This document shows, piece after piece, positions 1 to 16,028 of a stretch of DNA of 64,000 nt. Origin of the DNA: Oopsacas minuta. Its lineage: Eukaryota; Animalia; Porifera. A program made the position numbers and the translations under genes. The stretch is from positions 186,001 through 250,000 of the forward strand of contig JAKMXF010000310.1 in the NCBI GenBank assembly GCA_024704765.1, given 5' to 3'. The notes below the pieces were generated by a model, which saw only the letters and a list, made by a program, of their open reading frames with translations, was not told the origin of the DNA and ran no database searches. Position 1 is the stretch's first letter. Every line of letters starts with the position of its first letter.

Positions 1-672
1 TTAAAGAGGGATACCATGTACAGGGCCGTAGGAAGTGAGGTACCTAAGACAGGACGGCCTGAGCCATCCCATTTTTATGGCTTCCGATGCAAATGCATAG
101 TTGTCAACTTTGTAAAATCCATACTTTTGCAAACCTGAGTGAAGGAAAAAACGGGACGGAAGGCATTAATTTAGCGTGGACATCGCGGGTCCCTTTGTAT
201 TTGTATTAGACTGGACTACAAAAAGCGGGACAATGAGGGCTTCTGGCAAGTTTTGGCGAGACATTAGCTTTATTGGTTTTGTGTATTTCTTGCAATTCTC
301 TCAAAAGTTCCATTTTCCTATCACTCAAATAAGTTAGTATTTCATTGAAATGAGTTTCAATCTCAAGATGTCGAAACCTAATTTCTAGCTATGTATAGTA
401 TACATATACCAATGAATATCAATACTTCTAAGAAACTAGGCTGTAGATATAAACTAGACATCTTCGTGCATCTTAACAATATTGTGTAAATTTGCATCAG
501 AGAAATACCCTACTAAACCAAACAGGCCTGGTGGAACAGGTTTTGAAGTGGTCCGGTGAAACTGTAGCAGCCATACTAAAGTGGTTGAAACCTGACTTAC
601 AATAGCAACAGTACTAACTGCACCAAGAAGTGGTTAGGTTGAAACCGGACCAGTGGCTACCACCCTGCGTAA

Positions 673-767
673 TGCCTACCATACACGATGCAACTTTGTT
701 GCATGCAACAATGCAAGATACACGGCCTAACAAGGTCGCATTACAGTTGCATCGTGTATGGGGGGGC
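673..767. repeat. small MITE-like hairpin element
   Basis: Perfect 17-bp inverted repeat CCATACACGATGCAACT (679-695) / AGTTGCATCGTGTATGG (745-761); superfamily not resolved. Confidence 0.5.
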
Positions 768-1756
768 TTAAACTTATGGTTTATGATAATGGAAAACTTT
801 TCAAGATTTATCTTTAGTAAAATGTATTTCACATCCTAGAAGAAAATAAGTCAACATAAATATTGAGTTTAACCGTGTTCCAAACCAGGGATATATTCTT
901 ATCATCAGTGATTCAGTAGCGCAGCAGCCTTATAGAATAGGTATGACTGACCAGGGCCGGATTTAAGAGTGGGTAGAGTGGGTAGCTGCCCACAAGCCCC
1001 CACAAAAACCAAGAAAAAGCTACATGCCATTTGGTTACCACTTATGGAGTGGATTCAGATGGATCCTTGTCAGACGAATTATTGCTATTCAAAGAGTTTG
1101 TTAAAGAATTGGATCTGATAACACCAGATTTAAATATATTTCACTTCATGTACAAACTATCATTGAAAAGTTTGTACACTGTACCTTTCCAAACATTAAA
1201 ATTGCATTACGCACTTACCTTATACTTAATAATAGCATTTCATCAAAAAGACAGCACAACTAAATGATTTATCCTACAGTAGATACAGTAAAACTCGTTT
1301 ATTACGTACTCAGCCGATATTTTCTCACATACAATAGAAATAATTCTGTAAATATGAACTAGGATAACATACCAAAATTCCTATCGAAAGTATAAAATAT
1401 ATTTGCCTTAGTTTGTTAAGTATGGTTCAGCTTGGTTAATAAGTATACTCTTAAGCAGTAGCGAAGACTAGGGGGTGCTTGACACTCCCAATATTTTCAG
1501 TGAAAGTGTGATTTCATTAGTGAGTGGACAAAATACATATTAGTCAAGTTTGACAATGGTGCACAAAGTAAAATCAAATTGAAAATTTTACTCATAAAAA
1601 ATATTCATACAGATAAGACGTACATGTCAAGTAAGTACATTTTTTGATTACCAAGCTGCTACGTATTGAGTGAGTTGACTCTGTATTGTATTACCCGATA
1701 TGCACTTTCCCTTGTATATAATATGCAAATAATTATTCTAGTATTCTTAACGCCAA

Positions 1757-3637
1757 ATGGCCATGAACGATGATATAGAAGTGTTGCGACCGATTGATGA
1801 TCTACAAGAATCCTTAAATTACGAAAGCTTTGAATCAGAATCTACATACAATATAGTTGAGTCTCTCACAACTTTTGTACAAGACGAGGAGGATGGAAAA
1901 TTTCCAATCTTGATCTTTGTAGGTCCCAAGGTTAAATTGTTTCGAATGGTACGTCTGTTCTGCTTCTTTTTGATTGTCTTACTGTATACTGTGTATTACG
2001 TAAATGCTAGAGAACTACTCATTTCATTAACTAGAGAAAGACTTGAGAAAGATGCTGATATTATCATATTCATGCCAGCGATACTAAACGGGCTGCCGCA
2101 GTTACTTTCAGTAGTATTTGGTTTTATATCAGATTACACTCGCTACCAGAGAGTGTATCTAATTCTTTATAGTTTTATGTTTTCCTCTTGTTCAGCTGTC
2201 TTCATGATGCTATGTAATTTCCTAATTAACCTGCAAATCCCGTATTCGCAGATTGAGCAGGCCTTTCACATTTTACTGTCTTCATCAATTATATTCTACG
2301 TTCTGGGATTGTCTATTTTCCTTCCGTTTTCATTGGCTTATGGACTTGATCTTTTACAAGGCACGAAATGGGAAGTCAAATATCTGTATTTCCCCATATA
2401 TTACATAGTGAGGAACTTGGGTTATTTTGGTGGAGTTTTGCGATACTTTTCATTTTCAGAGTCAAATTTGAAAAACAGTTATACTGCAATTTTCTCCCTC
2501 ATGATATCAACATTATTACTGTTTTTCATTTTCCGTATGTTTCGTATATTCCCAGGATTTGGAAAACCCAGGAAATTCGATGTAATATCAGTTCGTAAAG
2601 CATTTGAAATATTCTGGAATTCTTTGAAAGTGCTTCAAACAGGTCAAAGGTCGCCTCGAGGTCATTGGTTTATCCAGCTCTCATCTGACGCACATTACGG
2701 AAAGTATCCTAGGAAACAAGTGCAGATGGTTGCATCCTTTTTCGAAATAAATTTTTTGTTCATATTTATCATATCATTATTCATAACCACTCAGGCGATA
2801 TTCGATTTATTTGTACGACAAGCGCACCTTCTGAAATTACCAGTTTCTAATCTTACTGAGGTATTTTGTACGGGTGAGCGGAATACATCTATGTATAACT
2901 TCCGTTATATCAACAATGTCACAATTATCTTATTAACTCCATTTATTGAGTATTATTTTTACAAAATTATTTTCTTCTTCAATTCATCAGAAAATATTGA
3001 AAAGAATGATAATAAGAAATCATTGTGGAGAAATATACTGAGATGTCTCCGGTGTTTTGATCGCTATTGGCATATCTATGATCCTTTATTGAAGAGGATC
3101 TTCTGGGGTTCTATTTTCGGTCTCATTACCTTATTATTTGCTTTATCGGTCGAAATATCTCGCATATTAACTTTTGATGCTAGTTTCACATGTCCCAATA
3201 ACACCTTGTTCAACAAATACTCAACTGTCAGTATTTTCTCACAAATTCCCCAATACATTTCTTCTGCAGTCCTTGAGATTATATCTTACATTGGATGTCT
3301 TCAATTCGTATACTTTCAATCAAATAACACGTATAAAGATCAGCTGAAGGGTCTATTCTTTGGGCTATACTTTTTCTACATGGGGCTTTCATTTATAATT
3401 TGTCATCTGATATTTTACGTCATTGTCGTGCTTTGTCGTTCTAATTGCGGATATTGTCTAACCTATGATGAGTTATGTCCTTCTTCTACGTATACATTAA
3501 CTTGGATACCATATGTTATTCTGGGGATAGCCTCGTTTGTAGTTATACTGCTGTTTGCTTGGTTTGCACATTATCGCCATTATCAGCTGTCTAACATTAA
3601 TAGGAAAGGATCTTTCCGAGTTAACGAAGAAGGATGA
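1757..3637 (+). CDS. SLC15/POT (PTR2) family proton-dependent oligopeptide transporter-like MFS protein, single exon
   Basis: 626-aa ORF with many hydrophobic helices; C-terminal SIFSQIPQYISSAVLEIISYIGCLQFVY...LKGLFFG resembles the SLC15A3/4 motif IxWQIPQY...E...GLEF.Y...MGLFF. Confidence 0.7.
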   Translation: MAMNDDIEVLRPIDDLQESLNYESFESESTYNIVESLTTFVQDEEDGKFPILIFVGPKVKLFRMVRLFCFFLIVLLYTVYYVNARELLISLTRERLEKDADIIIFMPAILNGLPQLLSVVFGFISDYTRYQRVYLILYSFMFSSCSAVFMMLCNFLINLQIPYSQIEQAFHILLSSSIIFYVLGLSIFLPFSLAYGLDLLQGTKWEVKYLYFPIYYIVRNLGYFGGVLRYFSFSESNLKNSYTAIFSLMISTLLLFFIFRMFRIFPGFGKPRKFDVISVRKAFEIFWNSLKVLQTGQRSPRGHWFIQLSSDAHYGKYPRKQVQMVASFFEINFLFIFIISLFITTQAIFDLFVRQAHLLKLPVSNLTEVFCTGERNTSMYNFRYINNVTIILLTPFIEYYFYKIIFFFNSSENIEKNDNKKSLWRNILRCLRCFDRYWHIYDPLLKRIFWGSIFGLITLLFALSVEISRILTFDASFTCPNNTLFNKYSTVSIFSQIPQYISSAVLEIISYIGCLQFVYFQSNNTYKDQLKGLFFGLYFFYMGLSFIICHLIFYVIVVLCRSNCGYCLTYDELCPSSTYTLTWIPYVILGIASFVVILLFAWFAHYRHYQLSNINRKGSFRVNEEG

Positions 3638-5283
3638 GTGAAATTGTAGTTGTTTTGTGAAATTTAAAATTTTTATATTTTGTTGTTATATTTTCTTTTA
3701 TCTGCTTTCGTGGATTTTCTTAAAACTATATTTATAACTTTATTTGGTGTAATTACAAACTTCCAATCTATCCTTCTAGTGCTTTAAATCGACGCCATCC
3801 GTTAACTCGAACGTTCGCTATATCAAAGGATTTTGATATCCCCTGAGGTTCTAGTTACCGGAAGTTGACCGTATTTATAAATGACTAAATATTGTTATTA
3901 ATGCAAACAAACGGAGATCTCTATCTACAAATTTTCACATATTCAGGAAGAATTCAATATAATCCTGGAAATAAGATCCAGTAATAACTAATCATTATTG
4001 TGTAGCTAAAGGAACCTGAGCTGCATCCCGTTCTAACGACCCGCGTTTTATCATTGCTTAAACTCTTGTACCATTTGACGATTACATATATAATCCTGAA
4101 GAAATGAAGATTTTCCAAAAGGTGTGGTAATTTCACTTTAGAAAATTTCATACGCCTAGTTCAAATCTCCACCCATAAATGTATATAAGTCTATATCAAT
4201 TTTCGTTATTCAAACCATATATATATTTCGGTTGGTCGATTAGGGGTTTCTACCTAGATTATAGCTGGACCAAAACTGGAATCCTCAAATAATGACAAAA
4301 AAACCGGAAACTAAAGAAAATGAACCTACGTACGATTGATAATGTATTATAATTCTAGATATCTAGACAGAGTTGTGATTTGTGAGAACAAAGAACCTCG
4401 AGGCCTAGCTGATTGAAAAAGATATGAATGAGCATAATCTTGTGAAATTGCAAAAGAGTTCGATAGTAAACAATTATACTATTGGATTAAAATGTGGGTA
4501 TCATTACAGTTGTTGAAATATTAGATTAATTTCCATCATAAATTCATAATACATACAAAGACTGAAAGACATACAGCATCTTATCACATTGTTACTCTGT
4601 ACATTAAGATTCAAACCTAAGAATGTACACAGTGGAATCACGGCTATCAGAGTGCCTCTCGTCCAATAGTTTGGTGCCGCCCTGATATGAGGGAGTGTTA
4701 TCCTCGTGAGTGTATGTTAACTCCAATATTAATGTTAGAATATCTTATCCACTCGGCACAACCAGGCAGTTTAATAATATTTACATATATATTGCTAAAA
4801 ATACATGTTGTAGTAACAAAATATTTTTGTATAAGTCAGATACTATACCGTATGTACTAACTCTTAGAAATTATTCCGGTTTGGTCTAATCGTATCATCA
4901 GGATTCGGCCATTCATAGCATATACATCAACCGAACTGAATTTGATATAAGTAGAGTTCTGCCTTACGCTTAACTTTGTAACGCCATAGCTTATGGTCAC
5001 ACATATCCATGGAATCAATGCAATATTATCTTGGACACTGTAAATATTCTATAGACTATAACGGTCGAAGTATATTAATTTGCATGCAATTATACTATCA
5101 TAAATGTAGTTATACAATCATTTTTTGAACCTGAAATACAAGAGATCAGAGATGTTGACTATATTGATAGACTTTAATAATCTGAACAACGAAATAACTC
5201 AAATACAGCTTGTAACAGCTGTAACCCTATTTTTGGGTTATTAAACAATATTGAAAGCTATGACATAGCTATCACCTTAGTAA

Positions 5284-5675
5284 TCTATATTATTAAATCT
5301 CAATGATTGTTTGTTTGTTTGTCCATTGCCAACGAAAGGACTTACGGTATGCAATTTTGAAATTGTCGCACAACTATGTATTTATCGTGTTTATCAAGGA
5401 AGTGAAAGAATTCAATAATACTGCACTAAATATATTGAAAATCCTAAATCCGATTTTCACACTTTGGGATTAATCATATGAAATTTATTGTTGTTTTTAT
5501 GAATAAAAAGTAAACAAATTTCAAAATTGAGGTAGAATCATACTTTCAACGACTATACTGAGTTTGAATATTGTAAACAACACCAATATTATTAAATCTC
5601 AATTGTTGTTTGTCCGTTGAATACCTCGAGGCGCAATGCGCCAAGTTCATCGCGAAGCGACGAGCCAAAGGCTGG
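5284..5675 (+). mobile_element. non-autonomous Helitron-like element (copy 1)
   Basis: Inserted between A and T; starts TCTATATTATTAAA followed by (TTTG)n; ends with GC hairpins (GGCGCAATGCGCC, TCGCGAAGCGA) then CTGG (CTRR); no TSD; near-identical copies at 37677 and 52903. Confidence 0.7.
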
Positions 5676-6922
5676 TAATATAAATATTATAACCTATCAT
5701 GCATTCAAGGTGTATTAATTAATATTTCAGCATTGTTTATCAAGTAAACAAATTAGCCAAATTTCAAAATATACATACAGGCTTGCTCTAAACGGCTACA
5801 CAGTAAGTTATATTTCGACACAACAAGTGAAGCGGCTGGTACATTTAAACATTAATGTAACTTAAAGAACATCCAGTAAAATAGCTCTGTAAACAATATA
5901 CGTACTTTAATAATGTTAATTAATGAAGCAAATAAAGGTATTCTTGAATGTATGCCTCAAGGGTTCTACAATACAAATTTAGCTATCTAAATAGCAGAGC
6001 CACCTGATCTGAAATCGTGTATTGTTGAAAAAATTCTAAGTAATGGTTTCCCAATTCCAATCAATTCTGTATAATATTAACTACGGCATGGAGATAGGGA
6101 ATACCGATAAAAGAATACTTAACCACACACTTAACACAAGTAGTAATACAATTTTGTGCGCCAGCAATTATCGCCAACATGTGATCATAAAAATACAAGA
6201 CTAATAAATAGTATTATTAATGGGAAACAGTAAAAGTCTGGATTACTAGTTTTAAGTACAATAGATTGCATGCCTTAATTTCGGTGAAATCATTAAGTAA
6301 ATAGATTTATCGGAATTCCATCATTAATTCCATTGCACTTATACAGATGAGTGATCAAGCATATAAATTACTAATAATTATATGTAATTAATGTGGTGCT
6401 ATAGTCTGCATATGATAATATAACACACCAAACTTAATTAATACTCTTTATAGAATAGTTACATTGGAAACAAATATAATTGAGAGGTCCTGACTGTTCG
6501 CCCGATTATACAGTTTATTTAAGTTTCGTTGTTTCGTTGAATTAGCATTTTCAAAATGCTGTGTATATGCTTATGTACAATCTACGTCAACATTCGCTAT
6601 GTTAATTCGAACTCTCAACATTATAAAAATTGGTCGAATTAGCGAAAGAATAAGGATGCTGCCACTTTTGGGTTTCCCCAAGAGTTACGTTTTATTCGTA
6701 TTATGTAACAAATTATTGATTAAGTTTTTAGTGTCAATCAGCCAAGCTTAACTATCATAATAAATACATCCAACCGACTTTATAATTCCTCCAACAAAAA
6801 TATCTTGATTAATAAGATTAATATCTTTGTACTAATCTATTCTTGACGCAAAATTAGAATTAATGTCAGATCAAACAACAGTCCTGGCTTCACTAACAAA
6901 CATACATATTATAGTCTAAGAG

Positions 6923-8480
<1,558 letters not shown>

Positions 8481-9855
8481 TCTAACAAATTGTTATAATT
8501 TTGTAAGGTAATCTGACCAGCCACTACTAATTAGTAATCAGATTATGTCTGCCAAGCTTAGATTATTTAATTATTAATTTGATAATAATTGTTCTGAAGC
8601 ACCAAGATTTTATGCAGAGAGACATAACTGTGCAGAATATTTCTATAACTAGATAAATAAAACAATGAAGGAACCCTGTACATAATTCAGACATTACTCA
8701 AGACATATTAAAAATCGTTGTTCTAATCCACATGCATACACAGATGTCCTTCCGACTTCTTTCTAGCAATGTAGGTAACAAGTAACTAATTAATTCAGTA
8801 TTAATTCAACAAATTAATGCATAATATAACCGTGCGGGTGTATTAACATAAACAGACTTATGAAGAAACAGCATGTGCTACAGCTACCAGCTATAGTGGC
8901 TGTGCAATTCGCTTGAGTCAATGTTACAAGTAATTACACAGAAGAACAGACTGGTTGTGCAGGTTATTATCTTTCGCTATTGTAATCCGTCATAATATGC
9001 CAGGGTGTGTGGTTAGTCGTTATTAGGAATAACGAACTCGCTAATTAATGATAATTATTGATAATTATTGATAATGTTTGCAGTTGATGTAGCAATGGAA
9101 TTATGTCTTTAGCTAGTTTTCAACCTTGTGTACATCTGGCGGCTGTTCATGGGTATTAATCCAATTCTCATTTTGTTAAGACAGAACTTAAATCATTGAA
9201 ACAGATAATGCAATATATTAAATAACGCAATATTTTCACGATCTTGATAATTACAAGAGTGACAGACTGTATTGAGACAGATTTGACTAAGTTCGTCTTG
9301 CGTAATGGGCGCCTCATGTCTTAAGTTATGTCGTCAGTGCACCTGTACATGACTAAAGACATTATGTAGAACCAAATAGGCGATATTAAAATTTAAATAG
9401 TCATACATTGGTACTCATTTCCACCAAGTAAATAGACTCAGAAATGATTACGTCATGGACGGGAACATGGTTAAAGACTGTATTTTCTGCAGTATCGTAA
9501 AATATGATACAGTACAATAACAACCTCGGTTATCCGAATACCTTCGTCTGTTAATTCAAAGTAACTGAAACTGTCCAGGATAATTTAAATGATGTATTTT
9601 GAAATGTAATATTAACTGTTCAGGATTACAATGTGGATTTCGTAATTTAGTATATTTGACTGGATACTATTCAATTCAAATTTTCAGTATTGGTGACATC
9701 GTCCGAAAAACTAGTAGTGAAGCAGTCTGAAGCTCTGTAGGTTCAGATAATCGAGTCAGATAATCTACGAATATCTTACAATCAAAACTATGGTTTTTGT
9801 AGTTTTATCCAGAGGTGATTGAGGAAAATTTGGTACATGTGTGTAATCACTGTAA

Positions 9856-9975
9856 TGTAGGGGATTAGTCGATCAGCATATTAATGATCACGATCATGAC
9901 CCTTCATTAAAATATGATCGAGGTCGTGATTCCGATCCTTGCACCAAAGGATCACGATCATATTTTCCGATCACA
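9856..9975. repeat. partial GATC-rich MITE (same family as 39321-39632)
   Basis: Shares the terminus TAGGG.ATTAGTCGATC and the GATC-rich internal array with the 39321 element. Confidence 0.5.
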
Positions 9976-10014
9976 TTTCTGAAATTTATAAGCACCTTAT
10001 ATAGGGAGATACTC

Positions 10015-10310
10015 TATTACCTGCGGCCGTCCGGACGCCCGCGCGGCAATGCGAAATCTACCAGTCCGATTGCCATGAAAATTAGCACATAGATTTTGTC
10101 AAGGAAAGGGCTATGGAATGTTATATCGAATTCGAATGTCTCAATTATGAGGTGTGGCATAACTATGTACTTATGATTTATTGTGTTTATAAAGAAAGTA
10201 AACAGAATTCAATAAAACTTGACTAAATATATCAAATATGTTGAATCTGATTTTCACACATTTAAATTAATCATATGAAATAATTTGTTGTTTGTATGAA
10301 TATAAAGTAA
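10015..10310 (+). repeat. diverged Helitron-family fragment
   Basis: Contains AAGTAAACAGAATTCAATAA...GATTTTCACAC...TTAATCATATGAAA...ATGAATATAAAGTAAACAA matching the 5284-5675 family. Confidence 0.55.
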
Positions 10311-12400
10311 ACAACCTTCCATATCCAGGCAGTGTAGTCGGGGGTATATGTGACTTAGTATTAGCCGGAAATAAGAACTATAACTCGATGATTTTCCAAA
10401 GCGTGCCCAAATTCAAATATGTTGATGTGTATTTAATTAAAGATTGATATGTCTCTCATTGTTTGTAGTTACTAAATCTTGTTTGACAAAAAGTAAGGCT
10501 CAAGTAAACTCCACCAGAAGTAAAATGGTGAAATAATTCTGAATTAATACCTAGAAGTGTAGTTCCTCGGATTTGGAAGGTCGACAGTGATTACATGTTA
10601 CATGTGCATCACCTGTATTCTACATAATTAGGAATTTTTACATTCAAGGTAAACCAATGTAACCTGAAAGCCGATATGCAACAACCGATATACTTGTATA
10701 TTTAGATTTAAATACAATTGATACACATTCAGAATCTCAATATCGAAGAATTGAGGATAAATATACAGTCAAACCTCTCTCTAGTAAGCACCTTCGGGAC
10801 CAAAATATTTGTTCACCAACGGAAAGTTTCATTGTACTTCAAAGATATATTATTTGCTTAGTAGTCTTAAACCGAAGTATTGAGTATATGTGATATTTCA
10901 TTTTTCATCAAAGGATACATTTGCCCTCCGAAGACCAAATGGACAATAAATAGTCAAATAAGATTTTCCAAAAAGAATTGAGTAGAGAGGTGGGCTCTAA
11001 CTATGCTAGTTTGTGGAACTAATCAAATTACGGATTCAATTAGTTGTATCTGTGCGAGAGGAGATAAATTTGTAGTTAAAGCGAAAATTAAACACAAATA
11101 AATCTGCTCTTTCATAATACGTAGGAAGTATAAAATTACTCGTGAATATTACCAAATATGTTAGTAACCGCCCTCGTAACATAACACTGTTCTAATTCTA
11201 AAGTATAACTTGCTATCCATAAATTATGCAAATAGGAGGAGTTTTTCTAGCAGTATCATCGCAGATATGTTATAACAAAGCCCAATCACATGCTTCTTAT
11301 TATAGATAAGTGAAATATAGTATATTCTAACACTTAAAGGATTAGTGATAGAGACAAAACATTCTAGCAATTTCGCTGGAGACGCTTGTGAAACTTTTCT
11401 AGGCAAGAGTTCACAGAAAATGGGCATGCCAGAAAAGATGGTTGGAGAATACGATCTTGTTACATATCAAGTGTGCATGCGTGAAATGTTAAGTGATATG
11501 ATCTAGTAGGAAGTCCCTCCCATTCGTGGACGGGTATACACGGAGACTGCCATTTTAAGGAAATGTATAAATGCACATTTTCATTCATGACGTAGATGTA
11601 GTGTGGGCATAATCGCTATTTCAACCTACACATTGATAAGATAGTGTAGTGTAAGATAATTATACTTTAGGAATTGCAAATTATTCGTATCTTTAATGTC
11701 AAGCAGATGGTTAGGGTTTGTACTTTACTAACAACTTCATCATATTTAAGAATTCTAACAATTAAATTATAAATTCAGGGGCGGAGATAGGGTAGCTATT
11801 AGTGGGGGTTCCAATTGCCAAACCAATATTCACATAATTGGATAAATTGTGCTTAGACCAAGTGCTATTCAAACCTCAGATGAACATTGAGCACGAGCGC
11901 GGAGTTTGCCAGCAAGGCCTGTCAATGTCAAGGTGGTAGAAGCGTATACAATGTGTGTTGATCCTTTTGTACAAAAAATATAAGGGGTCCGAGCAATGGG
12001 AAACCCCTGCCTATGCACATGCATACGTATGAGGAAATCTGAAAATGAGATAATTGGATTCACATGTGTGGTAACCCTTTTAGAAATTAATTCAGGAAAC
12101 AAATAAAATAATCAATCTCAAAATCGAACCTTTCAATATTCCCAAGAAATTAATAATAATATAATCCATAAAATAGTAGCGCAGCATTATATTAAAATAC
12201 ATTCTATCTAAGATTATGAACAGCTTGTTAAGTAACAAGAGAGAGAATTGTCATTTGAAAGCCATATTTACAAACCATTAACGAGTGAGAAACTTGATAA
12301 GTTGATTGGACAAAATCGATCTTTCAATATTCAATTGGAGCGAGTTGAAAGGCGAAAACTTTCAAATTTCAGATTAATATTAAGAGATTATTTGGAGACC

Positions 12401-15400
12401 TTATTTTGGAGGGAAATGCAATTTCTGTATCGGGGATGAGAGAGATAGGAGTTGTTCTATTCGCTTTACGATTTTTATAGCGGGACCGAGTTCTATCTTG
12501 AGATAGTTTATCAATAACTCCACTTTCAGATCTACAAGGCAAGCCCCATCAATTAAATGTTCTCTGAACTTTGCAACAATATCCTCTACATTAGCTTGGT
12601 CAATGGTACCGATAAAGTCACAAACCTGGCCTACAGTCCAGTCAGCAGGATCAGTGCTGCTCACTTGATGAGGAGGAGAATGTGAATTTCCATTAATATA
12701 GTTAGAAGGAGGAGGGATTACACTGGTGGAGGTGGTGGGGTGAGATTCTACGATTTTAATAATAGGATTGATAGTAGGCACCTGTACTACAGTCTCAACA
12801 TCAGTAACTAATGTTTGATAAGAAGATATGTCAGGTTGGTTCTGAATTATGTTGAGATTCCTAGGTGTAGAAGGTGTTGCTATGCTGTGAATAGGTTGTC
12901 TCAGGTGTATTATTGAAGGATCTGTAGGAATCACATTATTCCGTGTGGATGCCATGTGTATATTCATGTCGCTAGGCGAGCTAGGCAATTGATAGGGTTG
13001 GACTGGAGTAGGGAAGATATTTTTGGATTGGGGGAGAGTGAGTGGAGGAATGCAAGAAGGAATCTTTTCAGGTTGATGCACCTCATGGTTAGCAGGGGGC
13101 GCTCCGATACGAATAAAATCTGGACCGAAATCAAGCTTTTCACGTAATTTATTGAGAAAATTGAAAAGTTCATGAAATGACTTAATATTAGGCAGGAACT
13201 TGCAAATATTAGAAGATGGCTCGTAGAGAAGAGGAACAGCATTAGGAACTGGGTTATCCTCGATCATCTCCCATAACAACTGTCTGTTCACACATGCATT
13301 CAGGAGATTAGTGAGTAGCAGAGCCTGGGCTTGAGAGGGTGTAGTAGGTCCTATGGTAGGAGGGATGAGCTTACATAACTCAGGGTCAAGGTAGGGACCG
13401 TGAGAACTAGTATGTGACACGAAGAGTGTAACAGTAACTTTTGGCTGTAGTTCTTGAACTACCGGGGGGAGAGCTTGAGGAGAATTCACTTCTTCATGAG
13501 AAGGAGGGTCGATATTAGCAACAGGATGAAGAGAGATGGGAGAAGAGTTTGAAGAGGAGTTAGATGGAAGAAATCGAGCGGTAGGAATCGGACAGAGAAG
13601 AGCTGGGGCAGCTTGAGATATATCTAACTCGACAGGTTTCTCAAGTTTGTGTCCAGTGATGTCACAGTATCCGGGAGGAAATATATCCTTTCCATCCACA
13701 TCAAACCAATTCTCCATTTCAGTTGGGAACCCATCATAATGTAATTTGATTTGTTGTTTTTCATTAATAGCGATTACAGTAGCTACACGTATTCTATCCG
13801 GCTCTCTCCAATCAACAGCTTCTAGTTTCATGCCAGGAGAGAAGTAACTAGTCCTACTGAAAGCTTCCAGAGGTACAGGCAGTCTGTTCTTATGAATAAT
13901 AATCTTAGCTAGGAGTTGTGGCCAGTCTTTACTATTGCTTGATTCTTTAGAAGGTCTGAGTTGTTTACGATGCTTGTTAGCCCAGCCGAGTGGACGAATG
14001 TAAGGCGAATCCACAGAAAACTCTTGATAGAATCGCGAAAATTCGCTTAGTTCATCTTCGTTCTGTTCATATAGCAACACAGTCTGTCCTATAGATAGAT
14101 AACATAATAAATAATATAGACAGATAAGTATGATAATCACTGATTAGATTATATACAGAAATGATAACTTCGTATGAACAAATGTTCAGATTTTGCAATG
14201 ATATGACTACACTACAGATAACATACATACATACCTGAGCATCTCTTGACTACACATACACTGATGAGCTCTCTATTGAGAGGATCCATAGCAGCTTCTA
14301 GCAACATGCCAGGACGGAATAGGGTGAAGAACGCACCCATCTCCTGGTCGAATGAGGATCGGAACATATCAATATTAGAGTTGTCCTGCACTGCTAGGAT
14401 GTCGTGTATGTATTCCTGCCAGTTAATGTTTGGAAGAATATCATCAGGAGGTAGATAGGTCAGCCCCCGTTCTGATCCCCACCCCAGGTAATGCAGACGA
14501 TAAGAGTCTACAGTAGTCCATAGGGACTGTCCTCCAGCACTAGCTAATAGCTCTAGTCTCAGACGACTACCCTGTATCTTAGTCACGGACACAGGTCTGA
14601 TGGCAAAGTGTCTGTCAGGCTTCCAGTCCAAGATCTCCAGGTTTGTACCCACAGGAAACATGTTACTCTCAGGCAGGAGACTATTGTTCTGATTGTGCAG
14701 GGCGTAAGGAGCAGGACGGGAGCCAGTCATCTGACAATACTCGTTCCAGTTGCAGAATGTAACCTTGCTGCCTTCAGCGAGTAGGATGCGAGGGAACAGC
14801 TGAGGCTCTATAGCGCTTGGAAGAGGGACAAATGAGCAGGAATCTGATTCAGGGGAATACTCCATATCAGGAAAGGATTCTGTACCGAATGGAGATCCGT
14901 TAAGTTCGTCAGAATTATCATCTCCCTCCTGACAGTAATCCATTTCTTCTCCAGCCTCGTTACGCTCTTTCTTAATTTTAGGATTCTGTACAATCTTACG
15001 AGGTACGCCAGTCTTACGCTTCCTAGGTCCTGGTCCTGGTCCTGGTCCTGAGCTGAGAGATTCAGAACGTTGTCTCTCTGCCTCTTGCTCCGGGTGAGGA
15101 GTTTGATGAAGTAGGGCGGAGTTCTCCACTAACTGTACATAAGGAGAGGTGCCAGGCTCTACTTTAACATGTGCCTGCTGAGGACGATTATTCAGTGGGT
15201 AGTTTTGCAAATGTTTGTGTCCTTTGAGTGCTCTAGGAGGTGATATTGGTTTAGTAGCTTGTGTGGGAGGGATGGGATTAGAGAAAGGAGGAGCTATTAT
15301 GGAGTACTGGTAGTGTCCATTGGTTTGATTGACATCAGAAACTGGACTTAACACAACTTGTTGCATTGGCAGTGATCCCATCTGAGTGGGCTGTTGTCCT

Positions 15401-16028
15401 GACTTAGAGACAGGTTGTATTATTCGGTATGTTTCTGAGGGGTGTCCGGACTGAGAGGTGAGGATGAAACGAGGGGAACCAGGAGGTTGCATCAGTGGAA
15501 CTTGTTGGGATTGTGATACAGGTAAGGTGACGTCATTCTGAGAAATGGGAAAGAACTGTGTATTTACTAGAGAGTCTTGTGTAGGTATAGAGTTGGTGGA
15601 GAGAGGGAAGAGACGAGAAGTTGGTTTGCTGAATCCCTGTATATGTGTAGTAACAGCTAACTCCTCTATCTCTCTATTACTGGAGTTATTATTGTTAGGC
15701 ATCTGCATTACCTCAGTAGTATGTGTAGTTGGTATAGAATTGTCATTTGGTGATTGAATAATCTGAATATACTGTTGAGGTAGTGTCATATAGGATAACT
15801 GGTCGTTCTTAGAGATGATAACTTTATTCGAGGATTCTATTACTGAAGGCACGGGAGTCAGATTTGTAAGTGAATTCAAGTTTTGGTTACTATAATTAGC
15901 TGAGGTGTATGATGGCATATTCCAGTGTGGGTTCTGCTGGGTAACAGCTAGACTGAGGCCAGATAGAGAGTCTTTGACAGGAAGTACTGTTATCCCCAAG
16001 GGTAGGCCAAGAGGAGATGTGAGAGACT
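12401..16028 (-). CDS. MBT-repeat / SLED / SAM Polycomb-group protein (SFMBT/Scm/L3MBTL-like); exons about 16028-14235 and 14088-12401, 5' exon(s) further upstream
   Basis: MBT repeats (FRPGMLLEAA, FSPGMKLEAVD...ATV...HYDGF...WF), SLED-like HGPYLDP, C-terminal SAM (WTVGQVCDFI...IDGACL...LGPAIKI); 146-bp GT-AG intron 14089-14234 joins the ORFs in frame; the ORF-track start at 15999 is TTG preceded by a splice acceptor. Confidence 0.85.

Noticed and set aside
614-1267. Short ORFs 614-832, 630-839 and 1031-1267
   Set aside because: They overlap MITE-like repeats and show no protein motifs.
4628-4634. Isolated CACAGTG heptamers (also about 47517)
   Set aside because: No GGGC continuation, 9-mer or partner end; expected by chance or part of other repeats.
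8600-9170. Possible micro-exon gene on the plus strand, divergent from PSMC6
   Set aside because: Several AG...GT-bounded stretches exist, but I could not assemble a stop-free, phase-consistent frame.
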